A stretch of 64,000 bases of DNA from an uncultured Gemmatimonadales bacterium (GTDB taxonomy: Bacteria > Gemmatimonadota > Gemmatimonadetes > Palauibacterales > Palauibacteraceae). Of this stretch, positions 51,904 to 62,192 are shown one piece after another. Position 1 is the stretch's first letter; each line of letters opens with the position of its first letter. The translations under genes and the position numbers were made by a program. A model generated the notes under the pieces. It saw nothing but the letters and a program-made list of their open reading frames with translations, was not told where the DNA came from and did not search any database. The stretch is from contig CAWANJ010000001.1 in assembly GCA_963783385.1 (NCBI GenBank), positions 640,001 through 704,000 of the forward strand, read 5' to 3'.

Positions 51904-52767
51904 ATGTTCTTCGAGTCGCGCGCTCTCGATTCGTTCGACCAGTACCTGCAGGACGTCGAGCGCTACCCCCTGATCGAAGACCCCCTGGACGAGCGCGCCA
52001 TCGCGCGCCGTGCCCGCAAGGGGGACCGGGCGGCCGCCGAGCGGCTCGTCACGGCCAACCTGCGCTTCGTCATCTCGTACGTGAAGAAGTATCAGGGCCG
52101 CGGCCTCAATCTGGCCGAGCTCGTATGCATCGGGAACGAAGGGCTCCTCAAGGCGGTCAAGAAGTTCGATCCCGACAAGGGCGTGAAGTTCATCTCCTAC
52201 GCCGTGTGGTGGATCCGGCAGACCGTGCTGCAGGCCCTGGCCGAGCAGACCCGGTCCGTCCGCATCCCGCTGAACCAGAACTCGAACCTGGTGAAGCTCT
52301 CCCGCACCGAGACGGCGCTCACCCAGAAGCTGGGCCGCACGCCCACCGACCGGGAGATCGCCGAGGAGATGGAGGAGCCGGTGGAGACGGTGCGCGCCCT
52401 GCGGCGCGTGGCCTCGGCCGAGCTCAGCCTGGACGCTCCCCTCGACAAGTCCGACCGGGACAGCGCCTCCTTCGGGGAGCGCTTCGCGGGGATGGACGAG
52501 GAGGAGATCGAGGAGGACGTCGAAGCCCAGGCGCGGCGCGAGTTCCTCGAGCGGATGTTCGAGGAGTACCTGACCGAGCGTGAGCGCAAGATCCTGGTCC
52601 TCTATTACGGGCTCGACGACGGCGAGGAGATGACGCTGGAGCAGATCGGCGAGCTCCTGGGCGTCACGCGCGAGCGCATCCGCCAGATCCGCAACCGCGC
52701 GTTCGAGAAGCTGCGGCAGTCCCCCGACGGCCGGGCGCTGGAGGGGTTCTGGAGGGCCAGCGCCTGA
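51904..52767 (+). CDS. Sigma-70 factor, RpoD/RpoS family without region 1.1
   Basis: ANLRFVIS, KFDPDKGVKFISYAVWWIRQ, SLDAP, TLEQIGELLGVTRERIRQI. Confidence 0.92.
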   Translation: MFFESRALDSFDQYLQDVERYPLIEDPLDERAIARRARKGDRAAAERLVTANLRFVISYVKKYQGRGLNLAELVCIGNEGLLKAVKKFDPDKGVKFISYAVWWIRQTVLQALAEQTRSVRIPLNQNSNLVKLSRTETALTQKLGRTPTDREIAEEMEEPVETVRALRRVASAELSLDAPLDKSDRDSASFGERFAGMDEEEIEEDVEAQARREFLERMFEEYLTERERKILVLYYGLDDGEEMTLEQIGELLGVTRERIRQIRNRAFEKLRQSPDGRALEGFWRASA

Positions 52768-52792
52768 GGCACCGGCCTTCCGCCCGCCGCCG

Positions 52793-53272
52793 TCAGCCCT
52801 CCACGCCCCCCGGCTCCGCGTCCCCGATCCCCTCGGGCAGGCCCTTCCCCCAGTCCCACGCCACCAGCACGAAGATCAGCGTCACGATCACGGCGCTCCC
52901 CACGCACCAGCGGCAGATGGCGTGGAGGATGAAGACCTCGGTCGAGGTCAGGTAGAGGCTGAAGGCGAACCCTCCCACGACCAGGAGGGAGATCGCGGTC
53001 CCGAGCCAGCGGCGGTCCGCCAGCGAGGGCTGGATGCCCACGAGGGACGCCGTCAGCGTGAGGGCGTACCAGGCCATCCCCCATCCCGCCACCGGCTGGC
53101 CCAGGAAGTACGAGAAGCGCGACGCCTGGACGTACTCGCACGATCCTCCCACGCCGCACACCAGGGCCCCGTAGAAGCCCAGGTGATAGAGGAGGAGGTA
53201 GAGCGAAAGGAACAGCCCGATCAGCGCGAGCACGGCGACGGCCATGCGCCGCCGGAGGGCCCCCCGGCTCAC
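52793..53272 (-). CDS. VKOR family protein
   Basis: C...C..VQAS loop, G.PVA..G, CRWC in the last TM. Confidence 0.9.
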   Translation of the reverse strand: MSRGALRRRMAVAVLALIGLFLSLYLLLYHLGFYGALVCGVGGSCEYVQASRFSYFLGQPVAGWGMAWYALTLTASLVGIQPSLADRRWLGTAISLLVVGGFAFSLYLTSTEVFILHAICRWCVGSAVIVTLIFVLVAWDWGKGLPEGIGDAEPGGVEG

Positions 53273-54006
53273 TTCGAGCTCGAGCTCGCCGGCTCGGCCG
53301 CCTGGATCAGCTTCTCGAGCGACCCGTAGCCGTAGTCGCTGGTCGGGACCCGCTTCCCATCGATGAACAGGGTCGGCGTCGCGTTCACGCCGAGCTGGAT
53401 CCCGTAGTTGCGTGATGCCATGATCTCAGGGATGAACTTCCTGTCCTGGTAGCACTTCTTCCACTGGCCCACGTCGGCACCCGCCTGCCTGGCCAGGTCG
53501 GCGAAGTGGTCCTCCGGGTTCCGGGAGGCGACCCAGTCCAGCTGGTTGGCGTACAGGAGGTCGTGCATGGCCCAGAAGTGCCCCTGCGCGCCGGCGCAGC
53601 GGGCCGCCAGGGCACCCGGGATGGCGTTCGAGTTCTGGCTGAGCGGGAAGTCGTACATGGTCCAGCGCACCTTGCCGGTCTGCACGTAGTTCTGCCGTAG
53701 CGCCCGGCCGGTGAGCCGGGTGAACTCGGCGCAGTGCGGGCAGGTGTAGTCGGCGAACTCCACAAAGTGGACCGCGGCGTCGGCCGGGCCCTCGCTGATG
53801 CCGGCGCCCGAGTCGGCCGGGGCGTCGATCTGGGCCATGGAGATCGGAGACGCCGACCCGCCCTCGGCGCCTCCGCGCCTGAGCGCCAGGAGCGCCACGA
53901 TCCCCGCGATCACCACGACGGCGAGGCCGATGTAGAAGCCCTTGCCAGGACCGCTTCCGCCGCCCTTGCGACCGCCCTTTCTTCCCGCCTTGCTTCCCTT
54001 TGCCAC
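53269..54006 (-). CDS. DsbA-family thioredoxin-fold protein
   Basis: TM anchor, EFADYTCPHC, DFPL, GVNATPT. Confidence 0.9.
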   Translation of the reverse strand: MAKGSKAGRKGGRKGGGSGPGKGFYIGLAVVVIAGIVALLALRRGGAEGGSASPISMAQIDAPADSGAGISEGPADAAVHFVEFADYTCPHCAEFTRLTGRALRQNYVQTGKVRWTMYDFPLSQNSNAIPGALAARCAGAQGHFWAMHDLLYANQLDWVASRNPEDHFADLARQAGADVGQWKKCYQDRKFIPEIMASRNYGIQLGVNATPTLFIDGKRVPTSDYGYGSLEKLIQAAEPASSSSK

Positions 54007-54039
54007 GCTCGTTCCTCCTGTCGTGCGTCATCCGGTCGT

Positions 54040-55431
54040 CTAGTAGACGAACAGGATCGTGATCACGGCCGCCACCAGGAGGGCCAGCCCCGCGATGAGC
54101 ACGAGCTGCAACCACTCCGGGATCCGGCGGCGGGGCATCGCCCCCACCTCCACCAGCGACGGCAGGAAGCGCTTACCCCACACCTCGCCGATTTCTCCAA
54201 GCGCGTCCCGCCACGCCTCTTCGTACGCGGCGTCGACGCGCCGCAGCATCCGCTTCCAATCCGAGGTCGCGGTATCGAGTCCCTCGTCGCCCCCCTCCGG
54301 AGGGCCGGCCTCCAGCGTCTCGAGTCGCTCCGACAGCTCCCGCTGGCGCTCCTCGAGCTGCTGCAGGATCGGCACGAGCCGCTCGAACGGACCCAGGAGC
54401 CCGAGCCGGATCTCCTCGCGCGTCTCCTCCGAGATGCGAAATCGGCTCCGCTGGCGCGAGGGGACCCGCTTCTCCTCCAGCCGGGGGGCGAGCTCGCGGT
54501 CGTAGGCCTCGACCAGCCTCGCGGCGGCGTTCGTCACCGCCGCCCGCGTGTCCTCCTGGAGCTCGCCCGCGTCCATGGCGTCTACAGCGCGCCGCAGGGT
54601 GCGGGCGCCCGAGGCGGCCGACTTCCTCAGGAGAAGCGGGCCGAGCGCGATCTCTCCCAGCTCCAGGAAGTGCGTCTCGAAGAAGGAGCGGCCCAGCCCG
54701 GCCCGGTCCATGGTCCGGGCGGGGACCTGGCCGGCCGCCGCCTCCGCCAGGCTCTGCAGCGAGTCCACCGTGAGCCGGAGAACGGGCATCTCGGCCGCCA
54801 CCGGGGGCGCCACCTCGCGGCGCGCGAACATCTCGAGCTCCGGGCCGCGGCTCTCCGGCATGCCCCGCGCGGACCGTATGGTGGCCTGCACCTCCTCGGC
54901 GAACAGATACAGGAGGCGCACCCGGTCGGCGCCGCGCCGCACCTCGACGGCGGGGCCGCGCCCCCCCGTGGCCTCCTCCCCGAGCTCCTTCGCCTCCTCG
55001 GCCGGCCACGAGACGGCGTGGTGCTCCGCGCCGCTCAGGAGGTGGAGGCCGCGCCGGGTAATCACCGCCAGCCACAGGCCCCGGATCTCGGCCTCCGCGA
55101 TCCGGCCGACGGCCGCGGTGCCGGCGGTGCACACCACGCCCTCGCCGGTGAGGTCCGGGGGGAGGCGGCGGCGCTGGTCCGCCCGTCCGACGCTGCTCTC
55201 CACCGCCCGGGCCACGTCGTCCAGCGCGCGTCCGGCGCCCTGCAGCGCCACGGTCAGGCTACTGGAGAACACCATGAACAGGCCGGCCCGGCGTGAGGTC
55301 CAGAAGATGTCGCGGTAGGGGACCCGCAGGTCACCGAGGACGAGCTCCGACTCGCCGATGAGGACCTCCACGCCCCGCCGGGTACCGCCGGCGCGCGACC
55401 ACAGGTCCAGGCGGACGGTCGGCTCGCTCAC
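54040..55431 (-). CDS. Hypothetical protein with helical/coiled-coil region and single C-terminal TM
   Basis: GTGA overlap with the HAD gene; long ORF; C-terminal hydrophobic helix ending ILFVY. Confidence 0.7.
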   Translation of the reverse strand: MSEPTVRLDLWSRAGGTRRGVEVLIGESELVLGDLRVPYRDIFWTSRRAGLFMVFSSSLTVALQGAGRALDDVARAVESSVGRADQRRRLPPDLTGEGVVCTAGTAAVGRIAEAEIRGLWLAVITRRGLHLLSGAEHHAVSWPAEEAKELGEEATGGRGPAVEVRRGADRVRLLYLFAEEVQATIRSARGMPESRGPELEMFARREVAPPVAAEMPVLRLTVDSLQSLAEAAAGQVPARTMDRAGLGRSFFETHFLELGEIALGPLLLRKSAASGARTLRRAVDAMDAGELQEDTRAAVTNAAARLVEAYDRELAPRLEEKRVPSRQRSRFRISEETREEIRLGLLGPFERLVPILQQLEERQRELSERLETLEAGPPEGGDEGLDTATSDWKRMLRRVDAAYEEAWRDALGEIGEVWGKRFLPSLVEVGAMPRRRIPEWLQLVLIAGLALLVAAVITILFVY

Positions 55432-56116
55432 GACAGCAGCGTCTCCGCCACCGAGGCCACGTCCGAGAGGTCCCCGAACACCACGTCCGCCCCGTGCTCC
55501 CTGAGGGTGCCGGGGTCGTGGCGCCCCGTGGCCACCGCCAGGGTGCGGAGCCCGGAGGCCCGGCCACAGCGAATGTCCGCGGGCGTGTCGCCCACGACCC
55601 ACACCTCGCGGGGCTCGAAGCGCAGGCCGCGCTCGGCGGCCCGGCGGAGCGCCACGGGGGGAGCTCGTCCCGGTGCTCGGCGTCCGACCCGTACCCGCCG
55701 ACCTCGAACGGGGCGCGCACGGCCGCGGCGGCCAGCTTGCGCCGCGCTCCCTCCTCCAGGTTCCCGGTCACAAGGCCCAGGGTCACGCCGGCCTCCTCCG
55801 CCAGCCGCTCCAGCAGCTGGACGACGCCCGGGTACGGATGGGCCCGGCCGTTCCGCGCCGCGAGCTCCTCGGCGAGAATCTCCAGGTAGGGCCCCCACAC
55901 CCGGCCCATGCGGGCGTCGATCCACGCGTCCTCCCGCCCCAGGGCGCGCAGCAGTCCCCGGACAATGGACGGGTCGGTGCGCCCGTGGAAGTCGCAGCTG
56001 TCGATCGGCCCGGCCTCCCCGAACACGCGCACCATGGCCCGCCCCAGCGCCGCGCGCCCCGCGCCGCCCGAGTCCACCAGCGTGCCGTCCACATCGAAGA
56101 GAACCAGACGTCTCAC
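55428..56116 (-). CDS. HAD-family hydrolase (frameshift in the run at 55656-55661)
   Basis: LFDVDGTL, GRTD, LVTGN, GGYGSD, then VVGDTPADI and VATG in another frame. Confidence 0.88.
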
Positions 56117-57060
56117 GTGCGTCTCACCGCCCGGGTGACGGCCTGCGCCAGCGCCTCCTCCGCCCGAAGCGCCAGCGGCAGCAGCTCGTGCAGCGGCCGG
56201 GGAGCCAGCGGCTCGCCGACCGCGCCCGTGGAGAGCGCGAACACCATGTCCCCGTCGAAGGGGGTCGCCGCCGGCCGCAGCCGCCGGATGAGCCCGTGCA
56301 CGGCCTGCCGCGCTACGACCTGGAGATCGATGCGCGCCAGGGGGACGTCGGTGGCCACCACGCCGAGCGTGGTGTTCTCGCGTCCGCGCCGCTCCCCGAA
56401 CCCTCCCGGCATGGAGCCGTCCCGCAGGGTCCGGGCCGTATCCCTGTAACCCCCGCCCGGGGCGCGGCATCCCGCCACGATGGCGCCGTCCCCGTCGACC
56501 ACGTCCCCGAAGGCATTCACCGCCGCCAGGGCCGCCACCGTGCCCTCGCGGCCCTCCGCGACCGCGCTTCCCACCCCGGAGGGTTCGGCGAACTCGGGGC
56601 CGGCCAGCTTGCCGACCGTGGCCCCGCAGCCGGCGCCGACCGGGCCTTCCTCGACCGGCTCCGGGCCGGCGGCCTCGGCCGCCGCCCGGCCCATGTCCGG
56701 GTCCGGGCGCACGGAGGCGTCACCCACGGCCAGGTCGTAGAGGACGGCCGCGGGCACGATCGGCACCCGCGCCGCCGCGGTTCGGAAGCCGCGCCCACGC
56801 TCCTCGAGCCACGCCACCACCCCGTCCGCGGCCGCCAGCCCGAAGGCCGAGCCGCCGGTGAGCAGGAGGGCATCGCAGCACGGGACCACGTGCAGGGGCG
56901 AAAGGGCATCCAGCTCCCGCGAGCCGGTGGCCAGCCCCCGGACCTCGACCACGGCCGTGAACGGCCCGAGCACGACCGTGCACCCCGTACGGGCCGCGAC
57001 GTCCTGCGCGTGGCCGACCTGGAGGCCGGCCACGGCGGTCAGGCTCCGGTTCGGGCTCAC
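56113..57060 (-). CDS. Peptidase family P1/S58 (DmpA-like)
   Basis: VGHA..TGCTV, LTGGSAFGL, VPIVPAAVLYDL, GAGCGATVGK, ENTT, DGD. Confidence 0.9.
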   Translation of the reverse strand: MSPNRSLTAVAGLQVGHAQDVAARTGCTVVLGPFTAVVEVRGLATGSRELDALSPLHVVPCCDALLLTGGSAFGLAAADGVVAWLEERGRGFRTAAARVPIVPAAVLYDLAVGDASVRPDPDMGRAAAEAAGPEPVEEGPVGAGCGATVGKLAGPEFAEPSGVGSAVAEGREGTVAALAAVNAFGDVVDGDGAIVAGCRAPGGGYRDTARTLRDGSMPGGFGERRGRENTTLGVVATDVPLARIDLQVVARQAVHGLIRRLRPAATPFDGDMVFALSTGAVGEPLAPRPLHELLPLALRAEEALAQAVTRAVRRT

Positions 57061-57848
57061 CCGCTCACCGCCGCGCCCGCGGCCGCCCGCACCGCCTCTC
57101 CGAACCACTCGAACAGCCGCCTGCTGCCACCCTCGGGGTCGGGCAGGCGGCGCTCCGGGTGCCACTGGACCGCGAGGACGGGCGCCCGGGCCGCCGGCCG
57201 GCGGAGCTCGACGGCCTCGACCAGGCCGTCCCCCGTCCACGCGACCTCGACCAGGCCCCGGCCCGGCGAGCGCAGCCCCTGGTGATGCGTCGAGTTGGTG
57301 CGGAAGGCCGTGGCGCCCATGACCTCCGCCAGGAGCGAGCCATCGGCGGCCCGCACGGCGTGTACGGGCCTGGCCACGTCCGGTCCGGCGCGCTCGTGAT
57401 CGGTGTCGCCCGGCCGCTGCGAGGGAAGGTCCTGCCACAGGTCGCCACCCAGGTGCACGTTGAGGAACTGAAAGCCGCGGCAGATGGCCAGCACGGGCAG
57501 CCCGGCCGCGAGCGCGGCATCGAGCGCCCGGGCTTCCATGGCGTCCCGCTCGGGCGAGATGTCCACGGCCCCCTCCGGCGCCTCTCCGTACAGCGCCGGA
57601 TCCACGTCCTCGCCCCCGGTGAGGAGGAGGCCGGACGAGCGGGCAAGCACCTCCTCGACCTCGTCCAGCTCGAGCCCCGGTCCCAGGACGAGCGGCAGTG
57701 CCCCGGCCGCGCGCACGCCCTCGAGGTAGCCCTGCTCCAGCCACACCCGGCGCCCCGGGTGCTCCGCGGGCCCCTCGCTCCACGCGGCGGTGACGGCCAC
57801 GAGCGGAGCTTCCGCCGGCGACCCGCCCCGGTCCGGGTCTCCCCTCAC
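57057..57848 (-). CDS. Gamma-glutamyl-gamma-aminobutyrate hydrolase family (peptidase C26)
   Basis: [30 protein letters not shown]. Confidence 0.9.
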   Translation of the reverse strand: MRGDPDRGGSPAEAPLVAVTAAWSEGPAEHPGRRVWLEQGYLEGVRAAGALPLVLGPGLELDEVEEVLARSSGLLLTGGEDVDPALYGEAPEGAVDISPERDAMEARALDAALAAGLPVLAICRGFQFLNVHLGGDLWQDLPSQRPGDTDHERAGPDVARPVHAVRAADGSLLAEVMGATAFRTNSTHHQGLRSPGRGLVEVAWTGDGLVEAVELRRPAARAPVLAVQWHPERRLPDPEGGSRRLFEWFGEAVRAAAGAAVSG

Positions 57849-58894
57849 GCCCCTCCGTCCTCCGGGCCGTCCCCGGCCCGCTCCTCGAGCCAGCCGGCCA
57901 GCACCGCCGGGTCGATGTTGCCCCCCGACAGCACGCACGCCACGTCCCCGCCTTCGGCCCAGTCGGGGTCGGCCGCACCGCACAGGAGGGCGGCCACGGA
58001 GGCGGCCCCGCTCGGCTCCACGACCAGGTGCCGCCGGAAGCACCACAGGACCGCATCCACCAGCGCCGCGTCGGGCACGGTCACCACCTCGTCGACCAGC
58101 TCCCGGATGTGGGCGAAGGTGAGGTCCCCGGGGCGCGGCGGCCGCAGGCCGTCGGCGATCGTGTCCACCCGCTCCAGGGCCACGGGCCGGCCCGCCTCGA
58201 GGGAGCGCCGGGTGTCGTCGGCTCCCTCGGGCTCGACCCCCACGATGCGGCACTCGGGCGCCAGCTCGCGCAGCACGACCGCGCAGCCCGACAGGAGCCC
58301 GCCGCCCCCGATGGGGACGAGCACGAGGCCGGGGTCCCCGACCGCCTCCTCCCCGCGCGCCGCCGCCTCGTCGAGCTGGTCCCAGATCTCGAGCGCCGTG
58401 GTGCCCTGGCCGGCGATGATGTCGGGGTGGTCGAAGGGCGGCACCATGGTGGCGCCCTCCTCCCGCTCGATCTCGAGCGCCCTGGCCTCGCGCTCGGGCG
58501 CCGTGGTGCCGACCTGCTCGATCCGGGCGCCCAGGCTCCGCACGCCCTCCACCTTCACGCGGGGCGCGTCGACCGGCATGACGATGGTGGCCGACGCACC
58601 GTAGGCGCGGGCCGCGTAGGCGACCCCCTGCGCGTGGTTCCCCGACGAGTACGCGACCAGGCCGGCCCCGCGCTGCTCGGGCGTGAGCAGGCTCACGAAG
58701 TTGTACGCCCCGCGGACCTTGAAGGCTCCCGCGCGCTGCAGGCTCTCGCACTTGAGCCAGGCGGTGGACCCGTCGGGGAGCTGGCCGGGGAGGAGGGGGG
58801 TGCGCAGCGCCACCCCCTCGAGACGGGCCGCGGCGTCCTGCACCTGGCGCAGGCCGACGAGCTCCGTCGACCGGCTTCCGGCCTCCGGGCTCAC
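57845..58894 (-). CDS. PLP-dependent threonine/serine dehydratase or racemase
   Basis: [50 protein letters not shown]. Confidence 0.9.
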   Translation of the reverse strand: MSPEAGSRSTELVGLRQVQDAAARLEGVALRTPLLPGQLPDGSTAWLKCESLQRAGAFKVRGAYNFVSLLTPEQRGAGLVAYSSGNHAQGVAYAARAYGASATIVMPVDAPRVKVEGVRSLGARIEQVGTTAPEREARALEIEREEGATMVPPFDHPDIIAGQGTTALEIWDQLDEAAARGEEAVGDPGLVLVPIGGGGLLSGCAVVLRELAPECRIVGVEPEGADDTRRSLEAGRPVALERVDTIADGLRPPRPGDLTFAHIRELVDEVVTVPDAALVDAVLWCFRRHLVVEPSGAASVAALLCGAADPDWAEGGDVACVLSGGNIDPAVLAGWLEERAGDGPEDGGA

Positions 58895-61412
58895 GAGGGC
58901 TCCTCGGCCTCGGCCTCGACCTGCTCGGCCAGCTCGCGCACGGCCTCCGGGCCCTCGGCCACCTCCGTCGCGTCGTCCTCGTCGCGCTCGACCACCCGGG
59001 CCACGTCGACCAGCTCGTCCCCCCTGTCCAGGCTGACGAGCCGCACCCCCTGGGTGTTGCGCCCGATGACGCGGATCTCCCGGGCGTGCTGGCGGTTCAC
59101 GACCCCGTTGCGGGTGACCAGCATGAGCTCGTCCTCGTCGGTGACCTCCTTGACGGCCACCACGTGCCCGGTCTTCCCGGTGAGGTGGAGGTTGATGAGC
59201 CCCTTCCCGCCCCGGTGCTGGGTACGGTACTCGTCCACGTCCGTGCGCTTGCCCATGCCGCGGTCGGTCACGGTGAGCAGAGTGGCGCCGCGACGGACGA
59301 TGACCATGCCGACCACGTGGTCCTCGTCGGCCAGGTCCACGCCCTTCACCCCCTGGGTTGCGCGTCCGGTCTCCCGGATCTCCTTCTCCGGGAAGCGGAT
59401 GGCCATGCCGTTCCGGGTGGCGAGGACGATGTCGTTGGAGCCATCGGTCATCTGGACGTCGATGAGACGGTCGCCCTCGACGATGTTGATGGCGTTGACG
59501 CCCGGCGCCCGCACGTTGGAGTAGGCGGCCAGGCTCGTCTTCTTCACGAGGCAGTTCCGCGTGGCGAACACGAGATACTGGTCCTCGCCGAACTCGCGAA
59601 CCGGGATCATCGAGGCGATCGTCTCGTCCTTGTCCATCGACAGGAGGTTGACGATCGGGCGGCCGCGCGCGGTGCGGGACGTCTGCGGGATCTCGTACAC
59701 CTTGAGCCAGTAGGCGTGACCGCGGGCGGTGAAGAACATCAGGTAGTCGTGGGTCGAGGCCAGGAAGAGGTGCTCGACCCAGTCCTCGTCCTTGGTCCCC
59801 ATGCCGGCCACCCCGCGTCCCCCGCGCCGCTGCTGGCGGTAGACGTCGGGCGCCAGCCGCTTCACGTAGCCCTGGCGGCTCACCGTGATGACCATGGGCT
59901 CTTCGGCGATGAGGTCTTCCTCGGTGAAATCGACCGCCACGTCGACCACGGTCGTCCGACGCTCGTCGCCGTACTTGTCGACCAGCTCGCCGAGCTCGCC
60001 CTTGATGATGCTCATGCGGAGCTCGCGCGAGCCCAGGATGCCCTCCAGGCGCCCGATCTCGGCCCGGACCTCCTGCAGCTCGGCCTCCAGCTTCTCGATC
60101 TCGAGGCCCGTGAGGCGGGCGAGCCGCATGTCCAGAATCGCCTTCGACTGCACCTCGGTGAGGTCGAAGCGCTCGCGCAGGCGCGCTCCCGCCGCGTCCG
60201 CGTCCGGCGCGGCCCGGATGATCTCGATCACCTCGTCGATGTTGTCGACGGCGATCTTGAGCCCCTCGAGGACGTGCTCCCGCGCCTTGGCGTTGCGGAG
60301 GTCGTACTCGCTCCGGAGCACGACCACCTGGTGACGGTGGTCGATGAAGTGCTGGAGCATCTCCTTGAGGGACATGACCTTGGGAACGCCGTCCACCAGC
60401 GCCAGCATGATGACGCCGAAGGTGGACTGCATCTGCGTCATCTTGAACAGCTTGTTGAGGACGATGCGCGGCGCCGCGTCCCGCTTGAGCTCGATGACGA
60501 CGCGCATGCCGTCCCGGTCCGACTCGTCCCGGAGGTCGGAGATGTTCTCGACGCGCTTGTCGCGGACGAGCCCTGCGATCTGCTCGATGAGGCGGGACTT
60601 GTTGACCATGAACGGGATCTCGGAGATCACGATGCGCTCTCCGCCGCGCTCGCGCTCCTCCACCCGCGCCCGGGCGCGCATGACCACCCGCCCACGGCCC
60701 GTCTCGTACGCCTCGCGGATCCCGTCCGAGCCGTAGATGAAGCCGCCGGTGGGGAAGTCGGGCCCCTGGACGTGCTCCATGAGGTCGTCCAGGCTGGCGT
60801 CCGGGTCGTCGATCAGGGTCTCCAGCGCTCCCACCACCTCGCGCAGGTTGTGGGGCGGGATGTTGGTGGCCATGCCGACCGCGATGCCCGGAGCGACCGT
60901 TCACCAGCAGGTTGGGCAGCCGCGCGGGCAGGACGGTGGGCTCCTGCAGCCGGTCGTCGAAGTTGGGCGCGAAGTCGACCGTCTCCTTGTCGATGTCGGC
61001 CAGCATCTCCTCGGCGATGGGCGCCAGCCGGGCCTCGGTGTACCGGTAGGCCGCCGCGCTGTCGCCGTCGATGGAGCCGAAGTTGCCCTGGCCGTCCACC
61101 AGCGGATAGCGGAGGGAGAAGTCCTGGACCATGCGAACCAGCGAGTCGTACACGGCCGTGTCGCCGTGCGGGTGGTACTTGCCCAGCACGTCGCCCACCA
61201 CGGTCGCGCACTTCTTGTAGGGCCGGTTGGGGGCCAGCCCCAGCTCCTGCATCGAGTAGAGGATGCGGCGGTGCACGGGCTTGAGGCCGTCGCGGACGTC
61301 CGGGAGGGCCCGCTGCACGATGACGCTCATCGAGTAGTCGATGAACGACTCGCGCATCTCCTCCTCGAGCAACCGGGGCTCGACGCGCTCGAATGTTCTC
61401 GGGTGTGCTCAT
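58891..61412 (-). CDS. gyrA: DNA gyrase subunit A (apparent +1 insertions near 61392 and 60888)
   Basis: [49 protein letters not shown], GyrA-box QRRGGRG, pinwheel repeats. Confidence 0.95.
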
Positions 61413-61654
61413 GTCACCTCACGGTGGCGTTGCCTGGTGCCGCGGAGCGGGGCTCTTCCCCCACGCCCGATCGAGCCCGAACGGAGGTCCGCCGGGACCC
61501 GCTCATAGCCCACTAAATCTACAGGCTCGATACCCCGCAGGCGAACGTTCGAAACGGCCGCGGGGGCCGCCGGCCGGACGGCCGCGACCCCCGCGCAAAC
61601 CCGCCTCCGGCGAGGCTGTTCGCCCCGCGGAGGTCCTCCCGGCGCGCGCCGGGC

Positions 61655-62089
61655 TCAGTCCTCGAACTCCTTGAGGATCATCTCGAGCTCCTCGCGGTGT
61701 CCGGTCTCGTCCACGATGAGGTCCTCGAGTCGCAGACGCAGGCCCGGCTCGCCGGCCGCGTCCGCCTGCTCGACGCGCTTCGTGTAGCGCTCGATCGTGT
61801 CCTTCTCGGCCTGCAGGGCGAGCTCGATGCGCTCCCGGTTGCTGGAGCCGAGCTCGACCGGCTTGGGCACGGTCGCCGGCTCGCCCCCGAGGGCCACGAC
61901 CTTCTGGGCCAGGAAGGCAGCGTGCCCCTGCTCGTCGGCGATCTCGGACTCGAACATCGCCTTGAGCTCGGGACGGTTGGCCCCGGTCATGAGCTGGGCG
62001 CCCACCGTGTAGAAGATGACCGCCTGGAACTCGTAGGCCAGGTCCTCGTTGAGACTTGCGATGAGGGTGTCTGGGGCGTCGTGGCTCAT
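61655..62089 (-). CDS. Bacterioferritin-like/ferritin-like protein
   Basis: Ferroxidase pattern E..DEQGH..E..DETGH; AAAGGAG RBS. Confidence 0.85.
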   Translation of the reverse strand: MSHDAPDTLIASLNEDLAYEFQAVIFYTVGAQLMTGANRPELKAMFESEIADEQGHAAFLAQKVVALGGEPATVPKPVELGSSNRERIELALQAEKDTIERYTKRVEQADAAGEPGLRLRLEDLIVDETGHREELEMILKEFED

Positions 62090-62176
62090 GGGAATCTCCT
62101 TTCGATCCGGGGGCGGCGGGCGGCGCCGCCCCCGGAGTCTATGACGGAGCGAATCGATTTCTCGCCCATCGAAAGG

Positions 62177-62192
62177 AGCAAGGGACGTGCCC
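62177..62192 (-). promoter_or_regulatory. Sigma-54 promoter of the ferritin-like gene
   Basis: Minus strand GGGCACGTCCCTTGCT, one mismatch to TGGCACG-N4-TTGCW. Confidence 0.7.

Noticed and set aside
57845-61372. Apparent 1175-aa GyrA-dehydratase fusion
   Set aside because: Produced by the gyrA frameshift near 60888; the dehydratase has its own GTGA-overlap start at 58894.
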